From Candidatus Saccharimonadales bacterium (GTDB taxonomy: Bacteria; Patescibacteriota; Saccharimonadia; Saccharimonadales; JBBQAJ01): DNA of 64,000 bases. The notes below the pieces were generated by a model. That model saw nothing but the letters and a program-made list of their open reading frames with translations, was not told where the DNA came from and made no database searches. Location of the stretch: NCBI GenBank assembly GCA_038206875.1, contig JBBRAK010000002.1:12333-76332 (forward strand), written 5' to 3'. Below, piece by piece: positions 26,160 through 35,569 of this stretch (its first letter is position 1; every line of letters starts with the position of its first letter). The position numbers and the translations under genes were made by a program.

Positions 26160-26372
26160 CTAGGGTTTTTTGCGGAGCATCAGCTTGAGGTTGGACAGGT
26201 AGTGGTTGGGGTTTACTGCAGGGTGTCCTTTTAGATAAACCAAATGTGTTTGTACAAAAGAAATACGATTGCCTGGCCACAAATCTCCATTTGCTCGGTA
26301 GGCAGATTTGGTTAACAAACTTTTGTCTGTTTCCATAGCCTGCAAAGCTGTTGTAATGTCCGTTTCTTCCAT
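26160..26372 (-). CDS. hypothetical protein
   Basis: 70-aa ORF, the only minus-strand gene in this stretch. It is preceded by an 18-codon basic sORF. No motif recognised. Confidence 0.45.
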   Translation of the reverse strand: MEETDITTALQAMETDKSLLTKSAYRANGDLWPGNRISFVQTHLVYLKGHPAVNPNHYLSNLKLMLRKKP

Positions 26373-26527
26373 GATAAATAGTCCTTAAACTTTAGGTTTC
26401 TTTGGTTTTTTGACTTCTTTTCGCCCTCGATCTTTCGACATTGCTTGTCTCCCTTTGATATCCATTATGCGCTCAAGGGTGTAAAAATGCTAATCCAACC
26501 GGGATATGACGCTATTGACAATGCGCT

Positions 26528-27199
26528 ATGGCAGGGTATAGTCATGAGCAGGATATTCTAAACATAAGAGGTAAAACTGTGTCAAAAATAAAAATCTCAA
26601 CAAAACGAACAAACAAAAACCAAAGTAAAGTCAAAAGAGCCCTTAACTGGTTCAAGCCAACTACTCCGCTAAAAGGCATGCTCCTATTTGCCCTAGTGTT
26701 TGCCATCGGTGGCGGTAGCTACTATGTCAGCAAAAGTCACGCCGCAACAGCGACATACACAGAGACAGCTACTCAATTAACGCTTTCAAATGGAGCTTCG
26801 TTAGTGAAGGAAACCAAAGGCTCCAAATCATCCACGACGGTTGTAAATATAGTAGACGATGGAGCAAGAAGTACCCAGGTTATGTTTACTAATCAAGCGA
26901 TGGTCATTAACTTACAAAAACTTTTAAACGGGCATATGGCTAGGGTATGTGCCAATGTTCGTGTACTTACCAATGGAGCATGGGTACAAATAGGTAGCAT
27001 TGCTCTAATGAATCCCCAGCCAGGACAGCAAATTAATGGCATTTGGTATTCGCAATGGACAACCGCAAGCAATACGTACTCATATATCTGCACGCCTTAT
27101 GGCATGATTGATATTACAAAAGGTGGTTTCCTGCCCGAAGTCAGAACTTCATATTCTGCTTTACACCTGTCATTTATGACGGTAGAGATATTAAATTAA
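26528..27199 (+). CDS. hypothetical membrane-anchored/secreted protein
   Basis: 223-aa ORF with one N-terminal TM (GMLLFALVFAIGGGSYYV). The start is uncertain. Confidence 0.55.
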   Translation: MAGYSHEQDILNIRGKTVSKIKISTKRTNKNQSKVKRALNWFKPTTPLKGMLLFALVFAIGGGSYYVSKSHAATATYTETATQLTLSNGASLVKETKGSKSSTTVVNIVDDGARSTQVMFTNQAMVINLQKLLNGHMARVCANVRVLTNGAWVQIGSIALMNPQPGQQINGIWYSQWTTASNTYSYICTPYGMIDITKGGFLPEVRTSYSALHLSFMTVEILN

Positions 27200-27258
27200 C
27201 TTAAATGACCATAAGGCTAATCTGAAGAATAGCACTCAATTGGTATAATGACTACACC

Positions 27259-28650
27259 TTGTCTAGGAAATATGTCTTAAGCGCCTCAGTTCATGTAAAA
27301 ATGTTTGCCACCTGTTGGATTATAGTTAGTTTACTTTGGTCCTGGCTGTTCCTCGTTGCAGTTGGTCGGCTAGCCGACCAACCCACTGTTGCCTATATCA
27401 CTATTACCTTTGCCTTTCTAGTCATCACCATTATTTCTGCGGTTATTTTTACGGTAGCTATCTGGTATTTACGCCGTTCGTATCAAAATAAACCAAACTG
27501 GACATGGCTACTACAGGCAACTGTTATTTGGGCCCTAGCCGAAGCATTAATTGCTTGGTTAGTTGCTTTTGTCTGGATAGGCAGAAACGGGAGCATAGAC
27601 AACATATTGCCTTTTAGCTCGCTGACGCCATTCATTATGTACACTCCGCTGAAGTTTCTGAGCCGTTTCACGGGATACTATGGACTTTCAGCGGTTGTGG
27701 TAATTGGTATAGCCGGTCTGTGGTTGAAAAAGGTTCGAAAGTACGTTGCTTACTATTGGCTAGTAGTTACATTACTCGCTATCGGATCATGGTGGCTCTA
27801 TAGAACACCCACTGGCACAACAGAACAAATCACTATTGTAGCCGAGACACTGGAACACAAAGCTCCGGTAGATGCTTCTGGCAGTAAGCTAGTTGTTCTA
27901 CCGGAATATGGTCTTGATGACTTTAATCAAAGCAAACCAGCTACTCGCTTTAAACCGCAAACAGATAACTACTACTTTGTTGGCTCCAAACAAACTTCAG
28001 TGACCAAGGGTCTCACAAACGAGCTGTTATTTGGTTCAAAAGACAATGGTATTACTAGCAAGCAACAAAAGACCCGGCTAATTCCGGGCGGAGAATATCT
28101 CTCTTTCGGTGTAGAAATAGCTCTGCGATTGTTTTCTAAAACGACCTATACCGACTTTCAAGTGCGGCGTGAAGTGGTTCGGGGTATCAAACCAATCCAA
28201 CCGTTTTATATTGATCAAAATCTTATAATCGGAAGCGAAGTTTGTTCGAGCATCATGACTCCTAGAGATTATCGCCAACTTACCCAGAAAGGTTCAACTG
28301 TCCTAGCTAACTCAGCTTCACTCGAGATATTCGAAGGTTCGCGGTTATTTGCTTGGCAACATCGCGGATTAGCTAACTTTATGGCAGTGGCTAACGCCAG
28401 ACCATTCTTGCAATCTACCAATCATTGGCCAGCCTTTGCGCTAGATTACGATGGAAATGTGGTCGCAACCGTACAGCCAGTAGGATCACGTGATGTGAAC
28501 ATTCAAACAAACACCAAAAAGACACCATACACCTATCTGGGTGAGTGGGTGGTGATTTTAGGTGGAGTGTACATATCCGTACTGCTGATAAGAAAAATAT
28601 TCGAAAAACTAAAACAACTTTATATTTTGCGTAAAAATAGCAGTAAATAA
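27259..28650 (+). CDS. apolipoprotein N-acyltransferase-like protein (polytopic N-terminus plus CN-hydrolase domain)
   Basis: Multiple N-terminal TMs. Candidate CN-hydrolase triad context: VVLPEYG (Glu), KTRLIPGGEY (Lys), VCSSIMTP (Cys). TTG start at 27259 or ATG at 27301. TGgTATAAT at 27241-27249. Confidence 0.7.
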   Translation: MSRKYVLSASVHVKMFATCWIIVSLLWSWLFLVAVGRLADQPTVAYITITFAFLVITIISAVIFTVAIWYLRRSYQNKPNWTWLLQATVIWALAEALIAWLVAFVWIGRNGSIDNILPFSSLTPFIMYTPLKFLSRFTGYYGLSAVVVIGIAGLWLKKVRKYVAYYWLVVTLLAIGSWWLYRTPTGTTEQITIVAETLEHKAPVDASGSKLVVLPEYGLDDFNQSKPATRFKPQTDNYYFVGSKQTSVTKGLTNELLFGSKDNGITSKQQKTRLIPGGEYLSFGVEIALRLFSKTTYTDFQVRREVVRGIKPIQPFYIDQNLIIGSEVCSSIMTPRDYRQLTQKGSTVLANSASLEIFEGSRLFAWQHRGLANFMAVANARPFLQSTNHWPAFALDYDGNVVATVQPVGSRDVNIQTNTKKTPYTYLGEWVVILGGVYISVLLIRKIFEKLKQLYILRKNSSK

Positions 28651-28661
28651 CCGAGCTAGGG

Positions 28662-28690
28662 TTGACTATTAAAAATTATTATGCTAATAT
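28662..28690 (+). promoter_or_regulatory. sigma70-type promoter of the DEAD-box helicase gene
   Basis: TTGACT (28662-28667), 17-nt spacer, TAATAT (28685-28690). Leaves a leader of about 100 nt. Confidence 0.55.
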
Positions 28691-28794
28691 TAGGTTAATT
28701 GTTTCAGATGAATCCGGGTTAGTTAGTATTTTTACTTTGGTTTCATTACAGCAATGAGAGTAAAAAACTAATAAACTATAAGGATTCTTTTTTT

Positions 28795-29988
28795 ATGCCT
28801 AGTTCTAATTATTCATTTCGCGGAAGTCGCCGGCCCGGTCCTGGCGCTAAACCGCAACGCCGTAGTGCTCCACGTAGCAATGGTAGACGCGGTCAATACA
28901 TTGACCCAGCGCGTTTTATCAAAGTAGCCAAGGGTTTAGAAGTTGATGCGTATATTTCAACACATCAGTTTGATGATTTTGAAATTCAGCCAATATTAAA
29001 AACCAATTTAGCTTCCAAGGGTTATGTTACGCCGTCTCCAATCCAAGACCAGACAATACCACAGGGTCTAAGCGGTAAAGACATCATTGGTATTGCCAAC
29101 ACTGGCACCGGCAAAACCGCTGCTTTTGCAGTGCCAATACTTAACAAGTTAATCATGGACAAAAGTTCCAAAGCTCTGATAATCGCCCCAACTAGAGAAC
29201 TAGCCGAACAAATTCAAGACGAATTTCGGGCAATTGGTCGTGGTAGTGGTCTGTTCGGAACTCTACTTATTGGTGGATCAAGTATGGGCGCACAACTGCG
29301 CGATTTACGGGATAACCCAAGAGTAGTTATAGGCACGCCTGGTCGTATAAAAGACCACATGGAACGTGGAACGTTGCGGCTCAACAGCTTCAATACAGTA
29401 GTTTTAGATGAAGTGGATCGAATGCTGGACATGGGCTTTATCCTGGACGTTCGACACATATTGAGTCAACTCAAACAAGATAGGCAGTCGTTCTTTTTCT
29501 CTGCTACCATGGACAGCAAAGTTAAATCTTTGATTCAGACATTTTCAAACGACCCTGTAACTGTTTCTGTCAAAACAGGCGATACAGCAGACAACGTGCA
29601 CCAAGACGTAGTCAAATATGCTGGTTCTAGTGACAAAATAGACAAACTCCATGACGTGTTACTCAAAGCTGGTAAAGTGATAGTTTTTGACGAAACACAA
29701 CGTAAAGTTGAACGTCTTAGCCAAGAACTAATCACTAGAGGTTTTTCTGCCGATGCAATTCACGGTGGCAAATCTCAAAGTCAGCGTCAACGCGCTCTAA
29801 AGCGGTTTAAGACCAACGACATCACAATATTGGTTGCTACAGATGTAGCTGCCCGTGGGATTGATGTAATTGACATAACTCACGTCGTAAACTTTTCTCT
29901 GCCACAGTCTTATGAAGATTATGTGCACCGAATTGGTCGGACTGGACGTGCTGGTCGAACCGGTCACGCCCTTACCTTTGTGCAATAG
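28795..29988 (+). CDS. DEAD-box ATP-dependent RNA helicase
   Basis: Motifs TGTGKTAAF, PTRELA, DEVD, SAT, HRIGRTGRAG. Arg-rich N-terminus. Confidence 0.92.
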   Translation: MPSSNYSFRGSRRPGPGAKPQRRSAPRSNGRRGQYIDPARFIKVAKGLEVDAYISTHQFDDFEIQPILKTNLASKGYVTPSPIQDQTIPQGLSGKDIIGIANTGTGKTAAFAVPILNKLIMDKSSKALIIAPTRELAEQIQDEFRAIGRGSGLFGTLLIGGSSMGAQLRDLRDNPRVVIGTPGRIKDHMERGTLRLNSFNTVVLDEVDRMLDMGFILDVRHILSQLKQDRQSFFFSATMDSKVKSLIQTFSNDPVTVSVKTGDTADNVHQDVVKYAGSSDKIDKLHDVLLKAGKVIVFDETQRKVERLSQELITRGFSADAIHGGKSQSQRQRALKRFKTNDITILVATDVAARGIDVIDITHVVNFSLPQSYEDYVHRIGRTGRAGRTGHALTFVQ

Positions 29989-30172
29989 TTGGAACTGCCA
30001 CAAAACGGCACTTTTTGGCTGAAAATTTGCGCTCCGATGCTCACGTACCCAAATGTACGCTCCGCTTCGGTGCTCAATTTTGAACCAAACTGCACCATTT
30101 TGTAAAAGTCCAATCTCATCAAAACAGTTTTTCTCTTGGTGGTTAGAGCAGGCAAGATGATATGCTGGTAGT

Positions 30173-31420
30173 ATGTTGGATAAAATAAAAAACTTTTTGT
30201 CGGGAAATTCAGACTTGAGTGCAAATGATGTAGTCGAAGCTCGTGCCTATATAGAAAATTATTGGGAAAACCTCGTGCGTTTTCATCCCAAAGACGACGA
30301 AAGTTTGATGGGTTTACCAAACAAATACATAGTTCCGGCTTTTGAAAAGGGACATGATTTTGATTTTAATGAAATGTATTATTGGGACACTTATTTTTTG
30401 GTCCAAGGGATGTATAAATCTCCTGACAAAAAAGATTTGGTAGTTGGTATGCTAGAAAACTTGCTGAGCATGTTCGAAAGGTTTAACGTTATCCCAAATG
30501 CTTCAAGAACGTATTTGACGGGTCGATCACAACCGCCAATTCTAAGCAGTTTTATATGGGAAGTTTACAATGCTTATGATATGAGCGAAAAATGGCTCAA
30601 GCGTGCCATGAGCGTAGCCGAAGACGAATATAATTCTGTCTGGATGGGGACTGCCAAACCTCATGCAAGACAAGTTTACAGAGGGTTGTCCAGATACTAT
30701 GATATAAATTTGATTCATGATTTGGCAGAGGCAGAAAGTGGCTGGGATATGACACCTCGATTTGGTAGACAGTGTTTGAACTATCTACCAATAGACCTAA
30801 ACTCACTGCTATATAAATATGAAACTGATTTAGCTCAGTTTTACAGGCATGTCAAAGATATTCGTACGGCTGCCAAATGGGACGTCGCAGCAAAACACCG
30901 AAAAGCAACAGTCAATGAGTTAATGTGGAGCAACCTGAAGGGTCTCTATTACGATTACAATTTTGTCAAAGAACGACGCGGAACGGTAAGCTCGCTAGCT
31001 GGCTTTTACCCCATGTGGGCAGGTATGGTCAGCAAAAAGAAAGCAGAACAAATGGTAAAAGCCCTCCGACGTTTTGAAAATCGTGGCGGTTTGGCAACAA
31101 CTGATGTGCAACAATTAAGTCAGTTTGTACCAGGTTCTGTTCCAACCCAATGGGCATATCCCAATGGATGGGCGCCACTTCAATTTAGAATAATTCAAGG
31201 GTTACGAGAATATGGTTACAACGAGGACGCACGCAGAATTGCAATGAAGTGGCTCAAAACTAACCTATCTTGGTTTCAAAAAAACGGTGTCTTTTTGGAA
31301 AAATACAACGTGGTTAGTCCCGACAAACCACCAAGTAAAGGGCTTTATCCTTCGCAAACCGGTTTTGGATGGACTAATGCAGTTTTTGAACGCTTGTGCC
31401 AAGACTTCATAGACAAATAA
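30173..31420 (+). CDS. alpha,alpha-trehalase (GH37), cytoplasmic type
   Basis: Motifs YYWDTYF, GRSQPP, and QWAYPNGWAPLQ (trehalase signature 2). No signal peptide. Confidence 0.85.
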   Translation: MLDKIKNFLSGNSDLSANDVVEARAYIENYWENLVRFHPKDDESLMGLPNKYIVPAFEKGHDFDFNEMYYWDTYFLVQGMYKSPDKKDLVVGMLENLLSMFERFNVIPNASRTYLTGRSQPPILSSFIWEVYNAYDMSEKWLKRAMSVAEDEYNSVWMGTAKPHARQVYRGLSRYYDINLIHDLAEAESGWDMTPRFGRQCLNYLPIDLNSLLYKYETDLAQFYRHVKDIRTAAKWDVAAKHRKATVNELMWSNLKGLYYDYNFVKERRGTVSSLAGFYPMWAGMVSKKKAEQMVKALRRFENRGGLATTDVQQLSQFVPGSVPTQWAYPNGWAPLQFRIIQGLREYGYNEDARRIAMKWLKTNLSWFQKNGVFLEKYNVVSPDKPPSKGLYPSQTGFGWTNAVFERLCQDFIDK

Positions 31421-31598
31421 CACCCGTGGCACACTGCTGTGTCAATTTTTGCAGTGCTCCTTCAGCATACATTTTGTACTCTTACGTTCGCGCTTCGTAA
31501 TTTCCTTGCATTGCACTCACGTGTGTTACCCGCCTTGTAATATAGGTTTTCAACTCCGGTTGTCTATTTTTTGGTCTGATTAAGTATAATTTATATAG

Positions 31599-31772
31599 AT
31601 GAATGATGAAGATACAGATAGACTACCGTGTGCAGAAAAACTTAGTTTTGATACCAAAGTCCAAGCTCAGGCTAGTGCTGTTGTGGCCGACTGGCAACAC
31701 GGCGCAAAGCTAAAAGTATATTTATGCAAAGATTGCGAACTTTGGCATTTAGCCAGCAATTCACCAGATTGA
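31599..31772 (+). CDS. small Cys-containing (zinc-ribbon-like) protein, below the ORF-track cutoff
   Basis: 57 codons: MNDEDTDRLPCAEKLSFDTKVQAQASAVVADWQHGAKLKVYLCKDCELWHLASNSPD*. Cys/His spacing is C-x31-C-x2-C-x3-H. Confidence 0.45.
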   Translation: MNDEDTDRLPCAEKLSFDTKVQAQASAVVADWQHGAKLKVYLCKDCELWHLASNSPD

Positions 31773-31893
31773 CAGAATAAATTCAACGTTTTATAATCCA
31801 GACATGTTTAGTAAATTTGAAGTTTCTGGGATGATGCCTATGCCACGCCCTGGGCTGGTTTTGCGTTAAACTTCAATAATTCAACAGAAACAC

Positions 31894-31915
31894 ACCGGCT
31901 CTGGGCCGGTTTTTT
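31894..31915 (+). terminator. rho-independent terminator
   Basis: ACCGGC (31894-31899) / GCCGGT (31905-31910), 5-nt loop, then a T-run through 31915. Confidence 0.75.
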
Positions 31916-31948
31916 AATTAATACTAGAAAAGCATAAGGAATTTAGTA

Positions 31949-32527
31949 GTGCCTCAACCAACATCCACCTCAGGTTTACGTACACAGTTTGAAAATCTAG
32001 GACATATATATGTGCCAGATGTTTATGATCCGGATCAAGCCCCTCAATTGGGAGCTGAAGTGAGTGAACTTTTTAGGTATGTTCGTGTCGCCCAAGTAGT
32101 TGTCCTGGGTGAACAAAAACGCGGTTTGAAAGATCCGCAGCTCGACCCTAACAAACATAAAAATATTATTGCGGTTATGGGAAATATTGGAACCCTGGCA
32201 TCTGATGTAATTGGGTGTGATTTATGGCCAGCGCTATCACCTAGTAAAACACTTCTACACGCCTTGGACATGAACCCAGTTGTAAAAACATCTGCCAAAG
32301 CCACCCAAAACCGGATTACCCCAGTAAGTGGCGTTCGACATAGGGATCGTGGTTTAGCCGATATAGTTGCAGTGACAAATTTTGAAGGCGAGTCTAGGCT
32401 CGAATTCGATGACGGGCATAGGCATGACTTAAAACCAGGGGGTGTTGTTTTTCATAATCCATCGCTTTACCACCAGGGTTCAGCAAAGGTCAAAAGAAGA
32501 GCCCTGGTATTGTCGAGAACTAAATGA
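31949..32527 (+). CDS. hypothetical protein, possible 2OG-Fe(II) oxygenase fold
   Basis: GTG start with AAGGA at 31936-31940. H-x-D (RHRD) .. H (FHNPSLYHQG) .. R (KRRALVLS) spacing is reminiscent of the 2OG oxygenase facial triad. Weak. Confidence 0.55.
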   Translation: MPQPTSTSGLRTQFENLGHIYVPDVYDPDQAPQLGAEVSELFRYVRVAQVVVLGEQKRGLKDPQLDPNKHKNIIAVMGNIGTLASDVIGCDLWPALSPSKTLLHALDMNPVVKTSAKATQNRITPVSGVRHRDRGLADIVAVTNFEGESRLEFDDGHRHDLKPGGVVFHNPSLYHQGSAKVKRRALVLSRTK

Positions 32528-32582
32528 AATATAAATCCAGAATTGTTGTTCTTACATCTGCAAACAGTTAAACTTATATACA

Positions 32583-34031
32583 ATGAGTAATTATTTTGTA
32601 ACAACTGCTACTCCGTACGTAAATGCCGAACCCCACATTGGTACGACGTTGGATTTTTTATATGCTGACGTATTAGCACGAGCAGCTCGTGCACAAAATA
32701 AACCGGTTCTTTTTAGTACGGGCACGGACGAACACGGTGGAAAAATTGCTGAAAAAGCTGAAGAAATGGGCATAACTCCAAAAGAATTTGCCGACAAAAT
32801 GAGCCAAAATTTCCGTGATTTAGCCAAAACTCTAAATATTAGCAATGATAGGTTCATCCGAACCACAGACCCTGGTCACGAACAAAGGGCACAGCTCATC
32901 TGGAAAGCACTTCAAAAAGATATTTACAAGGGAAAATATATAGGCTGGTATTGCACGGGAGATGAAGCTTTTTTTACAGAAGCAGTTGTAAAGGCAAACA
33001 ATGGTGTCTGTCCAAACCACAATCGTAAATACGAAAAAATAGAAGAAGAAAACTACTTTTTTAAACTTAGTAGCTACGCTCCAAAAGTTCTGGAAGCTAT
33101 TGAGTCTGGAGAATTTAAAATTGTACCAGAAACCAAGAAAAACGAAATTCTACAAGTTTACAAAGACGGACTTGAGGACATAAGTGTATCCCGACCCAAA
33201 TCCAAAATCTCTTGGGGCATCCCTGTGCCTGGCGACGATACTCAGGTCATGTATGTATGGTTCGAGGCGCTTATGAATTATTTAACTGTACTTGGGTATC
33301 CAGAGCACGAAGACTTCAAGAAGTTTTGGCCGGCAAATGTTCAAGTTATCGGCAAAGACATATTACGGTTTCATGCAGCTGTGTGGCCTGGCATGCTTAC
33401 GGCTATTGGCTTACCGCTTCCAAAAATGTTATATGCGCACGGATTTATTACGGTAAACGGTAAAAAAATGAGCAAAACTCTGGGAAATGTAATAAAACCA
33501 AACCAAATTATTGATGAGTTTGGGGTAGACGCTTTCCGATATTATTTTTTACGCCACATACCTTCATATACAGATGGAGATTTTAACCAAGATAGGTTTT
33601 TGGCTGCTTACAACAATGAACTAGCCAACGAACTTGGAAATAGCGTGCAACGAACAGCGGCTATGATAACTCAATACCAAAATGGCATTATTGGCAATGT
33701 CCCAGAGGCGGAACACGATCAAGCGCAGTACGCAGATGCAATCGAAAAATGTCAATTTGATAGAGCGCTAGATGACGTATGGGGACAAGTACGTGGACTC
33801 AATCAATATATCGAAGAAGAAAAACCCTGGGCTATTAGCAAAACAGGAGACAAGGATCACTTAAGTGAAGTTTTGGCATATCAAGTGAGCTGTTTGTTAG
33901 AAATTGCCAATATGCTAAGTCCTTTTTTGCCCGAAACGGCCCAAAAAATACGCTACATTTTCGAAGAAGGGATAATCCGCCCCACCAAAACTACTCTCTT
34001 CCCTCGAAAAGAAGCTCAAGAACAGGGTTAA
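32583..34031 (+). CDS. metG: methionyl-tRNA synthetase (minimal form)
   Basis: HIGH-type motif PHIGTT and KMSKT. 482 aa with no C-terminal tRNA-binding appendix. Confidence 0.92.
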   Translation: MSNYFVTTATPYVNAEPHIGTTLDFLYADVLARAARAQNKPVLFSTGTDEHGGKIAEKAEEMGITPKEFADKMSQNFRDLAKTLNISNDRFIRTTDPGHEQRAQLIWKALQKDIYKGKYIGWYCTGDEAFFTEAVVKANNGVCPNHNRKYEKIEEENYFFKLSSYAPKVLEAIESGEFKIVPETKKNEILQVYKDGLEDISVSRPKSKISWGIPVPGDDTQVMYVWFEALMNYLTVLGYPEHEDFKKFWPANVQVIGKDILRFHAAVWPGMLTAIGLPLPKMLYAHGFITVNGKKMSKTLGNVIKPNQIIDEFGVDAFRYYFLRHIPSYTDGDFNQDRFLAAYNNELANELGNSVQRTAAMITQYQNGIIGNVPEAEHDQAQYADAIEKCQFDRALDDVWGQVRGLNQYIEEEKPWAISKTGDKDHLSEVLAYQVSCLLEIANMLSPFLPETAQKIRYIFEEGIIRPTKTTLFPRKEAQEQG

Positions 34032-34032
34032 A

Positions 34033-34845
34033 TTGAATTTTGTAGATACGCACTGTCATATTCATGAAGCGGGCAAGGGCGAGTCTGGCGACGCGTTTAT
34101 GCGAGAAAAATGGACCAAAGCGGGAATTACCAATCCCGATATTTTGATAAAAGAAGCGAAAGAAGCCGGCGTAACCAAACTTATATGTGTAGGATGTACG
34201 TTTAAAGACAGCAAAATGGCTGTTGGTTTGGCTCAGAAATATGAAAATTGTTGGGTTAGCGTAGGAATTCACCCGCACGAGGCCAAAGACCATTTGCATA
34301 AGTCCACTCAAGAAGACTTCTCCGAACTTGTAAAACAGGAAAAAGTTGTGGCTATTGGAGAATGTGGACTGGATTATTACTACAATCACTCTAAAAAACC
34401 TGACCAAGTTAAAATATTGGAATTTCAGCTGGAGCTGGCCAGAAAACATGACTTACCGCTAATTTTTCATATACGAGGAGCGTTTGAAGATTTTTGGCAT
34501 GTTTATGACCAATTTAAGGGTCTGAGAGGTGTCGTTCATAGTTTCAGCTCTGACATGCGGGACCTTGAGCAAATACTATCCAGAGGCTTGTATGTGGGTT
34601 TAAATGGGATTATGACTTTCACAAAAAATGCTGACCAACTTAAAGCGGCAAAAGCCGTGCCTTTAGATAAATTACTTCTTGAAACGGACTCACCGTTCTT
34701 GACACCATCTCCAGAGCGTGGTACAATCTGTATGCCTAGGCATATTGTGCGTACGGCGGAGTTTTTAGCAGGCCTTAGGGATGAAGAACTGGCAGAAATA
34801 GCCAAAGCAACCACCCAAAACGCCTGCAATTTATTTTCTATTTAA
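34033..34845 (+). CDS. TatD family metal-dependent hydrolase/DNase
   Basis: TTG start. Motifs DTHCH, GECGLDY, HSF, ETDSPFL. Confidence 0.88.
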   Translation: MNFVDTHCHIHEAGKGESGDAFMREKWTKAGITNPDILIKEAKEAGVTKLICVGCTFKDSKMAVGLAQKYENCWVSVGIHPHEAKDHLHKSTQEDFSELVKQEKVVAIGECGLDYYYNHSKKPDQVKILEFQLELARKHDLPLIFHIRGAFEDFWHVYDQFKGLRGVVHSFSSDMRDLEQILSRGLYVGLNGIMTFTKNADQLKAAKAVPLDKLLLETDSPFLTPSPERGTICMPRHIVRTAEFLAGLRDEELAEIAKATTQNACNLFSI

Positions 34846-34850
34846 ATACT

Positions 34851-35171
34851 ATGAATACAACTACATTTACAGGCTACGATTCTCCAGAAAATTTACGGGC
34901 GCGACGTAAAGGTCTTGAGGTGCTACCGTTACAAGCTCAGAGACGGGTTGGTGTTTTGGGGTTTGCACTCAGAGCTTCTGAAGCAATGCCTGGCTCAATA
35001 GATTTCACATCAGAAACAACCAAATTTATCCCTAGTGTTGAAAAAGTTGTGGCGCCAGATGCTATAGTTACTCCGAAACTAGAAGCTAATAATCAGCAAG
35101 ATTCAACTGCGGCACGGTCAATATTAGACGAAGCCTATCGAATGCTGAGTGATGCTTGGAGTAAAAACTAA
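34851..35171 (+). CDS. hypothetical protein
   Basis: 106-aa ORF. Its stop overlaps the next start (TAATG). Confidence 0.5.
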   Translation: MNTTTFTGYDSPENLRARRKGLEVLPLQAQRRVGVLGFALRASEAMPGSIDFTSETTKFIPSVEKVVAPDAIVTPKLEANNQQDSTAARSILDEAYRMLSDAWSKN

Positions 35172-35542
35172 TGTTTCAAAAAATCATACAGTCAGTAATA
35201 GGGCAAAGGGCTGAAGACCGAGAAGCAAATTTATATCGGAATTTGATTCATCATGAAGCCGAAATTGGCGGAAGTGTTTTCGGTCCAATCCCAAAAGGAA
35301 ACAGGCGAGAATTTTTCTGTCTTGATGAACATACATGGGTATGGCACGAAGAATGGACAGATGAAACAGGACAGCGTCACGTGCGAGCTACGCGTTATGA
35401 CGTAAGACCTGATGGACTCTTAAAGTCTCAAAATGGGCATTATCAACGCGCCTCTGCTCATGAAACAAGTAAATTCAAACAAGCTGCACGACAATATGTT
35501 GATCGCGTGAACCGCGAAATGTATAACGGACTGATTGCATAA
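35171..35542 (+). CDS. hypothetical protein
   Basis: 123-aa ORF, translationally coupled to the previous ORF. Trp/His-rich core FFCLDEHTWVWHEEW. Confidence 0.55.
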   Translation: MFQKIIQSVIGQRAEDREANLYRNLIHHEAEIGGSVFGPIPKGNRREFFCLDEHTWVWHEEWTDETGQRHVRATRYDVRPDGLLKSQNGHYQRASAHETSKFKQAARQYVDRVNREMYNGLIA

Positions 35543-35569
35543 TTACCCCTGTTGATATAGCATAAAATT

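Noticed and set aside
29989-31560. Related GC-rich motifs flanking the trehalase gene (CGCTCCG..TGCTCA twice at 30030-30080; GTGCTCCTTCAGCATAC at 31464-31480). I considered them as cassette-end repeats or an ncRNA.
   Set aside because: Only short, imperfect similarity could be aligned by hand. No consistent inverted or direct repeat of more than about 10 bp emerged. There is no match to the SRP, RNase P or 6S core motifs I remember.
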